The translations under genes and the position numbers were made by a program. The notes under the pieces were generated by a model. That model was not told the origin of the DNA. It did no database searches and saw nothing but the letters and a program-made list of their open reading frames with translations. Shown here piece by piece: positions 58,825-64,000 of a stretch of 64,000 nt of DNA (position 1 is the first letter of the stretch; the number at the start of each line of letters is the position of its first letter). Origin of the DNA: an uncultured delta proteobacterium (GTDB lineage Bacteria > Desulfobacterota > Binatia > Binatales > Binataceae); contig CAVQEQ010000003.1 of the NCBI GenBank assembly GCA_963711565.1, positions 352,001 through 416,000 of the forward strand, given 5' to 3'.

Positions 58825-59100
58825 TCAGAGCGTGAAGTTTTTCTTCTCGGCCAGGCGCTGGCGGATCAGACTGCGCAGCCGCGTGACGTCGAGGCGCGTA
58901 TCGCGCCGCGCTTCGGCCTCCGCCATCTTGTCGGCCTCTTCGTCGATTTGCGCTTCGGTCTCGAAGTTCGCCGACATCAATTCGACCACGCACGCAATCA
59001 GTTCCTTGGCGTCAGCCTTGGGTTTGATCAAGCCGCGTTCGATCAGCCCATTGACGAGATGAGTCGCGAGCGCGTCGATCTGAGCCTCCCGCATCGCCAT
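58825..59100 (-). CDS. DUF507-like protein (tandem partner)
   Basis: E..IDEEA.KM ... IRQRLAEKKNFTL. Confidence 0.7.
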   Translation of the reverse strand: MAMREAQIDALATHLVNGLIERGLIKPKADAKELIACVVELMSANFETEAQIDEEADKMAEAEARRDTRLDVTRLRSLIRQRLAEKKNFTL

Positions 59101-59196
59101 ACGATCACAGCTTGGCCGGATCGCACGCACCTTGTCAAAAGCGCGCGGCTGCTTCCGTCGGCGGCATGATGCGAAATCGACGCGCGCGAGTTTCGT

Positions 59197-59827
59197 CTAC
59201 GCCGCGTCCTGCGAGAACCAGGCGACGATCGTGAATCGCTGTCCGAACTTTACCGGCTTGATCTGATGCTCTTGTTGAGAGCGATACGCGATCAAAATTC
59301 CGGCCGCCGGCTTCGAGCGAGAAGCCGTACTCCTTCCAACCCGGATCGTCGATCAAGCTGTACAAGACCAGCTCACCGCCGCCGTATCCATCGCCGATCG
59401 CTCGATCGCGCACCCATGGATTCAGGAAGGCTACGACCGAAACCACGCGCCTGCGGATTTCGAGCGGAGCGTCGGGACGCACATCGCTATGCTGCACGTA
59501 GAAGCCGCCTTCGTCGTATTTCAGAAAATGCGGGCCCGAGCGAGTGCTCAGCCGAACGTCGAAATGCGTCTCGAGTTTTGGCCGCAAACTGTCCAGCCGC
59601 TCCGCAATCTCCAACTCCGTAGCCGCGCCAACCTGTACGGTCCATACCTTGCGCCCGGATTCGTCGATCACGCCGCCCTTGTCGCGCGCCTCGCGCTTGC
59701 CTACGACTGTCCCCCTTTCGGCGGGCGCCGCCCGCATCTCCGCGACGATGCGAGCGCAGGTGGCGGCGTCGAGAAACTCGTCTTCTACGAACAGTCCCAG
59801 TTTGCGGAAGAAACCAGCGTCGGGCAT
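59197..59827 (-). CDS. 2OG-Fe(II) oxygenase; +1 frameshift near 59311
   Basis: YVQHSD, YGGGEL, then in the shifted frame EHQIKPV..GQRFTIVAWF; span is 631 nt (3n+1). Confidence 0.8.
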
Positions 59828-59868
59828 TTTTCGGAATATATAACGACGACGCAACTCTTGGCGACGGT

Positions 59869-60895
59869 CTACTTCCGCGCGACGATTGCCTGGGTCGTTA
59901 TCGGCCCGGGCACCGCTTTGAGCACGACATCGCGAAAGGCCGGCCTCGAGCATCCGCTTGTATTCCGACAGGGTGAAGGTGTCGCCCTCGTGGGTCCAAA
60001 TCAGCATCGTGAGCGCGAACATCAGCGCGAATCGCTCATGCTCGCGCGCCTCGTCAGGCACCATGTCGACCAGCACCAACACGCCGCCCGGCGCCGCCGC
60101 GGCAGCGAGCCTGCGCGACAGCTCGAGATTCTTCGCCATGCTGAAGTGATGGTAGATGTTGACGGCGAGCACCAGGTCGTAGCCGTCGCCGAGATCGTCC
60201 GTGAAGATATCGCCGGCGCGGAACTCGATTCGGTCTGCGACGCTGGCGTTGCGCGCGTTCACCTCGGCATGTTTGATCACGCCGGGCCAATCAACCTGCA
60301 CCAGCCGCGCCGCGGGAAAACGCTTGAGCGCGCCGATGCCATAGAATCCCGAGCCGCATGCGATGTCGAGGATTTTCGCCGGCGCCGAACCGCCCTTGAA
60401 CGACTCCGCCGCAATCTCCGCCACCACCGGTCCAACGGCCTGCGCCATCTGGCGCGAGCCGCGCGCGAAGTCCTGCCAGAACGGGTTGTCGTCGGTCTCC
60501 GCCGATTGATCGAGCAGCGTGTGCCCCGCCTTGACCACGTCGGTCAGCCGTCCCGCTTCGTTCCACAACGCCCGGTTGCCGATAGTTCCCGCCATCCCGC
60601 CGGCATACAGCGACGAGCCCTTGACCAGCAATGCCTGCGACAGCGGCGGCAGCGAGTAGCGTCCGTCGGATTTCCCCACCACCTCCAACGCCACCAGCGC
60701 GTCGCACAGGATTCGCGTCGAGCGCAACGGCAGATGCTTGGCGGCTGAAATCTTCTCCGCCGTGTCGGCGCCGTTGGCGATATGCGTGAAGATCTCGAGG
60801 TCGAGCGCGGCTTTCATCGCCGCCGCGCCCATCAATCCCTGCAGCAGAGAAATCGGATTAGCCCCCGCCCGCGCGGCATTCGTCTCGTCAGCCAT
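59869..60895 (-). CDS. O-methyltransferase with dimerisation domain; frameshift near 59938
   Basis: KAALDLEIF, ILDIACGSG, AGDIF, NIYHHF; C-terminus FRDVVLK...AIVARK* lies in the shifted frame. Confidence 0.82.
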
Positions 60896-60924
60896 GATGG
60901 TCCCCGAAGTGCGCGCGCGACGCG

Positions 60925-61713
60925 TTACGGCGTCGGCGGCTTCTTGGCGTTCTGCTTGTCCTGCTCTTCCTTGTAGACCTCGTCCATCTTGGGCTCGAGC
61001 GTCTCGTAGAATTCCTTGATGTGCCCGACGTTGGAGCCGAGGTCGCCGGGGAAGTAACGCACCATCGAGGTCGCATCGGGGCGCGCCAGGCCGGAGCGCG
61101 AGCACACCGCAATATCGCCGGACGGCTCGACCGTGATTCTCACATCATCTTCGATCTTGAGAATTCGCGACGTGTAGATGCAATCCAGGGTGAAGTTGCT
61201 CGGGTTCGACTTTACGATTCGCCATCCGCCGAGCGAGTTGACCGTATCCTGCGAGAGTTTGAACAGTGTCTGTCGCGAAATTCCGGGAAAGCTGCGTTGA
61301 ATCAATTCGGGAAAGACATCGTCGAGCGGCGCCGGCGCCGCGCTCGTCACGACGTTGCGGGTCGTCTGAATTTCGGGGGCGCTTTCTTTCTTCACGTGCT
61401 TGTGCGGCGCGGTCTCGGCAGGCGCGGGCGCAGGCGGCGGGCTCTCCGGGTCGCAAGTCACCGAGCTGGAACCGGTGGTGCTGGATGCTGCCGAGTTCAT
61501 CGTGAGGAACCTCACGACGCGCTGCCCGAGGCCGGGCCTTTCGAAAATAGTTTCGTTGTTCAGGATCATCGTGACTCCCGCCGCTGCGATCCCGACGGCA
61601 ACGAAAAAGATCGCAAGACGGAAAATCAGTCCGAGCAGACGGCGCAGGATTGGAATGAAGATCAGTGCCGCCAGGACGACAGCGGCAATGACAATTTCAG
61701 CCGGCGTGAACAT
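60925..61713 (-). CDS. Membrane-anchored DUF1499-like protein
   Basis: Two N-terminal TMs; SRIL..EDDV.I.V...V.SRS...GDLG.N..HI. Confidence 0.65.
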   Translation of the reverse strand: MFTPAEIVIAAVVLAALIFIPILRRLLGLIFRLAIFFVAVGIAAAGVTMILNNETIFERPGLGQRVVRFLTMNSAASSTTGSSSVTCDPESPPPAPAPAETAPHKHVKKESAPEIQTTRNVVTSAAPAPLDDVFPELIQRSFPGISRQTLFKLSQDTVNSLGGWRIVKSNPSNFTLDCIYTSRILKIEDDVRITVEPSGDIAVCSRSGLARPDATSMVRYFPGDLGSNVGHIKEFYETLEPKMDEVYKEEQDKQNAKKPPTP

Positions 61714-61889
61714 AGATGATGAATTCCCCGATGGATTCCCTAGCCGTTTATACGCCTGTGGTGCAAGCCGGACGGTGATTGTTCCACGGCGATGCGACCG
61801 TTAGAAGCATTTAACGCCCGAAAAGCAAACCGGCGCGATCCTGGTCTGGATCGCGCCGGCAATCTGCAAGTTTGTGAAATTGTGGTGGC

Positions 61890-63758
61890 TTACGCCGGCG
61901 CTCCGGCGAATCCTTCGCCGCCATCGCCGCGCAAGATCGCGTCGAAGCGCTTGCCGAGGTAGAAGCGGCGCGCTTCGTCGTCGGTGACGGCGGCGCGGCG
62001 CACGTCGCGGCGGCGAATCGGCCAAATCCCGCCGACCATCGGATGCCGTCCCTGGCGATAGCTGAAGAAATAATAGGTGAACTGGCGCAGCACACCCATG
62101 CGTGCTTCCGCGCCGAGTCCGCGGCCGGCGCATACGGTGAACATCGTGTGCAGGAAACGCGGGATCGAATAGAAGCCCGTGTATGCGTCGCGATACGCGC
62201 CGAGCCAGCTTTCCTTGTCCAGCTTGTCGTGTCGGAGCGTGACGTGCTGCGAATCAAGCTGGTTGAAATCCCAGTCGATGATCGCGCCTTCCTTGGTGAA
62301 GCGCACCTGGTCTTCGGTGCCGGGCAGCGGCGTCATGATGAAGAACGACACGATGTCGAAGCCGATCTTCTTGAGCGTAGCCGCTGCCACGCGTCCGCAA
62401 TCGGGCCCGTCGAACGGGAATCCCAGCATGTAGCCTGCATGCACCGACACGCCGACCTTGTGCCAGTTCTCGACCACGCGCCGATACTTGTCGATCACGT
62501 GCGCGCGCACCGCTTCAAGCTTGCCCTTATGCTGGCGGTCGTCGGTGTTCTGGTATTTGGTCGCAAAATTCAGGTTGTCGGGATTGAGAGACTCGATTCC
62601 GACGAACGCCTGGTAGCATCCCGCGGCCGCGGCCAGCTCAGTGAAGCGCTTGCTGCGCCGATGCTTGGCGGTCTCGGTCTCGCCCTCGGCGACGTTCGCG
62701 TAGCACGAGGCGTCAACGTCCACCTGCATCATGAAGGAGAGCTTGGGATACTCTTTCTTAACTTCGACGAGGCCGGTGAGAATCTCTTCCCATCGCGGCG
62801 AGCGGAAAAAATCGTCATCGACCAGAAACAGCGACTCGATGCCGTGATGCCGGCATGCGTCGCGCACCCAGCTCACGACCGCGTCGGGCTCGCGCGAGCG
62901 CATTGTGCGGCCCATCACGTTCTTCACGCTGCAATACGAGCAGGTGAACGGGCATCCGCGCGAAGTGTCGAGCGTGGTCATCGTGTCGTTGAAAAATCGC
63001 GTGAGGTAACGATCGTCGAGCACCGGCAGCAGCGACTCGGTGATCAGCGGAACGATGATGTCTTCCTGGCCGGTCTTCGCGCGAATTCCCTGCGTGACCG
63101 CGTAGCTGATTTTCAGATCGCCGCGCAGGAAGTCCTCGACGATATCGCCCCAGATGTTCTCGGCCTCGCCAACGACGGTCGTCACGCCGCATTCGTTGAG
63201 GAATTTGCACGAGTCCGGGAAGCCGCTGACGTGGAATCCGCCCATCATCGTGGGCAGCCCCTCGGCGACGAACTGAAGCGCGAGGTCGCGGCCGCGCGGA
63301 TACTGATTCGATTGTACGCCTGCCAGTCCAATGAGCAGCTCGACGCCGTCTTCGCGGGCCTTGTCCTTAATCGCCGCGATTGTCTCGGGGCTGACAATGC
63401 CGTCGCAGATTTCGTCCCAAATTACCGTCTCGAGGCGGACGTTGCGCTCGACCGCATAGCGCTTATTGAACGCCTCGTTGAGCGCCGTCATCACGGTCAA
63501 AGTGTTGTTCGGCTGGACGCCGTAGCGGAAATACTGGACGAAGCCGTCCTCGTCGTAGCGTGAGGGCTTGATGAAATAGACGCGCACAGTCCGGCAAGGC
63601 TCAGGCTTCATCGCCGCCTCGGCGGTGGCGCCCTCGCGAGCCGTCAATTGGAGCTTCGCACCCGGACGGTCGCTGCCGTAGCGATTGGTCCCCAAAAGCC
63701 AGTAGAGGACGGATATAGCGAAAATCAGGAATGCGCCTACAGATACAAGAAATACCAT
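61890..63758 (-). CDS. Cobalamin-binding radical SAM enzyme with an N-terminal TM helix
   Basis: SRGCPFTCSYC, B12-domain GVQSNQ...GGFHVSG, LVDDDF, GIES, TPLPGT. Confidence 0.88.
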   Translation of the reverse strand: MVFLVSVGAFLIFAISVLYWLLGTNRYGSDRPGAKLQLTAREGATAEAAMKPEPCRTVRVYFIKPSRYDEDGFVQYFRYGVQPNNTLTVMTALNEAFNKRYAVERNVRLETVIWDEICDGIVSPETIAAIKDKAREDGVELLIGLAGVQSNQYPRGRDLALQFVAEGLPTMMGGFHVSGFPDSCKFLNECGVTTVVGEAENIWGDIVEDFLRGDLKISYAVTQGIRAKTGQEDIIVPLITESLLPVLDDRYLTRFFNDTMTTLDTSRGCPFTCSYCSVKNVMGRTMRSREPDAVVSWVRDACRHHGIESLFLVDDDFFRSPRWEEILTGLVEVKKEYPKLSFMMQVDVDASCYANVAEGETETAKHRRSKRFTELAAAAGCYQAFVGIESLNPDNLNFATKYQNTDDRQHKGKLEAVRAHVIDKYRRVVENWHKVGVSVHAGYMLGFPFDGPDCGRVAAATLKKIGFDIVSFFIMTPLPGTEDQVRFTKEGAIIDWDFNQLDSQHVTLRHDKLDKESWLGAYRDAYTGFYSIPRFLHTMFTVCAGRGLGAEARMGVLRQFTYYFFSYRQGRHPMVGGIWPIRRRDVRRAAVTDDEARRFYLGKRFDAILRGDGGEGFAGAPA

Positions 63759-63944
63759 GAATAGATCCTCTGCTTTTGCTTCCTACCCAGCAACCCGTCC
63801 TGCCCACCATAGCCGAATGCGGGGGGAGGTTCTAACCGCTCGGTCAGAGAATAGTGTAAGCAAATCCCGACCGGCGCTGTCAACAATTACATTGAACCAC
63901 GTTATTTGGGCGGAAGTCGAGGGCAAAATCGGGGGGAAGGGTCG

Positions 63945-64000
63945 CTAACGGTACATTTCGACCAGATTGATTAGGCCGAGGTCGCGGTAGCGCTCGACTA
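63945..64000 (-). CDS. 3' end of a gene running in from beyond the window
   Basis: ...VERYRDLGLINLVEMYR* with the stop at 63945-63947. Confidence 0.4.
   Translation of the reverse strand, partial: VERYRDLGLINLVEMYR

Noticed and set aside
59135-61105. 656-aa apparent methyltransferase-2OG oxygenase fusion ORF
   Set aside because: Artefact of two frameshifts: each gene has its own start and its own stop in the shifted frame (59869 and 59197).

Overview
GC-rich bacterial chromosomal window; gene content and style suggest a Binatia/deltaproteobacteria-like soil lineage (inference only). The housekeeping backbone includes plsC-like acyltransferase, queA-tgt-yajC-secD, DAHP synthase, groES-groEL with a CIRCE element, and cyaY. 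Accessory blocks interrupt it. (1) A cytochrome b6 / subunit IV / octaheme cytochrome c / cupredoxin operon with two unannotated small membrane ORFs and no Rieske gene. (2) Two islands of large secreted proteins (two S53 proteases, a GloVer-repeat protein, a beta-helix protein, a Thr/Ala-linker protein). Each island is headed by a divergent LuxR-family regulator; they share a TACGTCAATTGACGTA promoter palindrome and a basic C-terminal Ig-like domain. (3) A small DUF559 endonuclease gene enclosed by ~115-bp inverted repeats made of two hairpin units, with further copies nearby. This REPtron/MITE-like element has no transposase and is the best candidate for an undescribed system. (4) A kaiC-kaiB-kaiB-histidine kinase-response regulator locus. 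At least four apparent single-base frameshifts are more likely assembly errors than biology. I saw no tRNA, rRNA or canonical CRISPR array. All calls come from reading the sequence and motifs; no searches were run.
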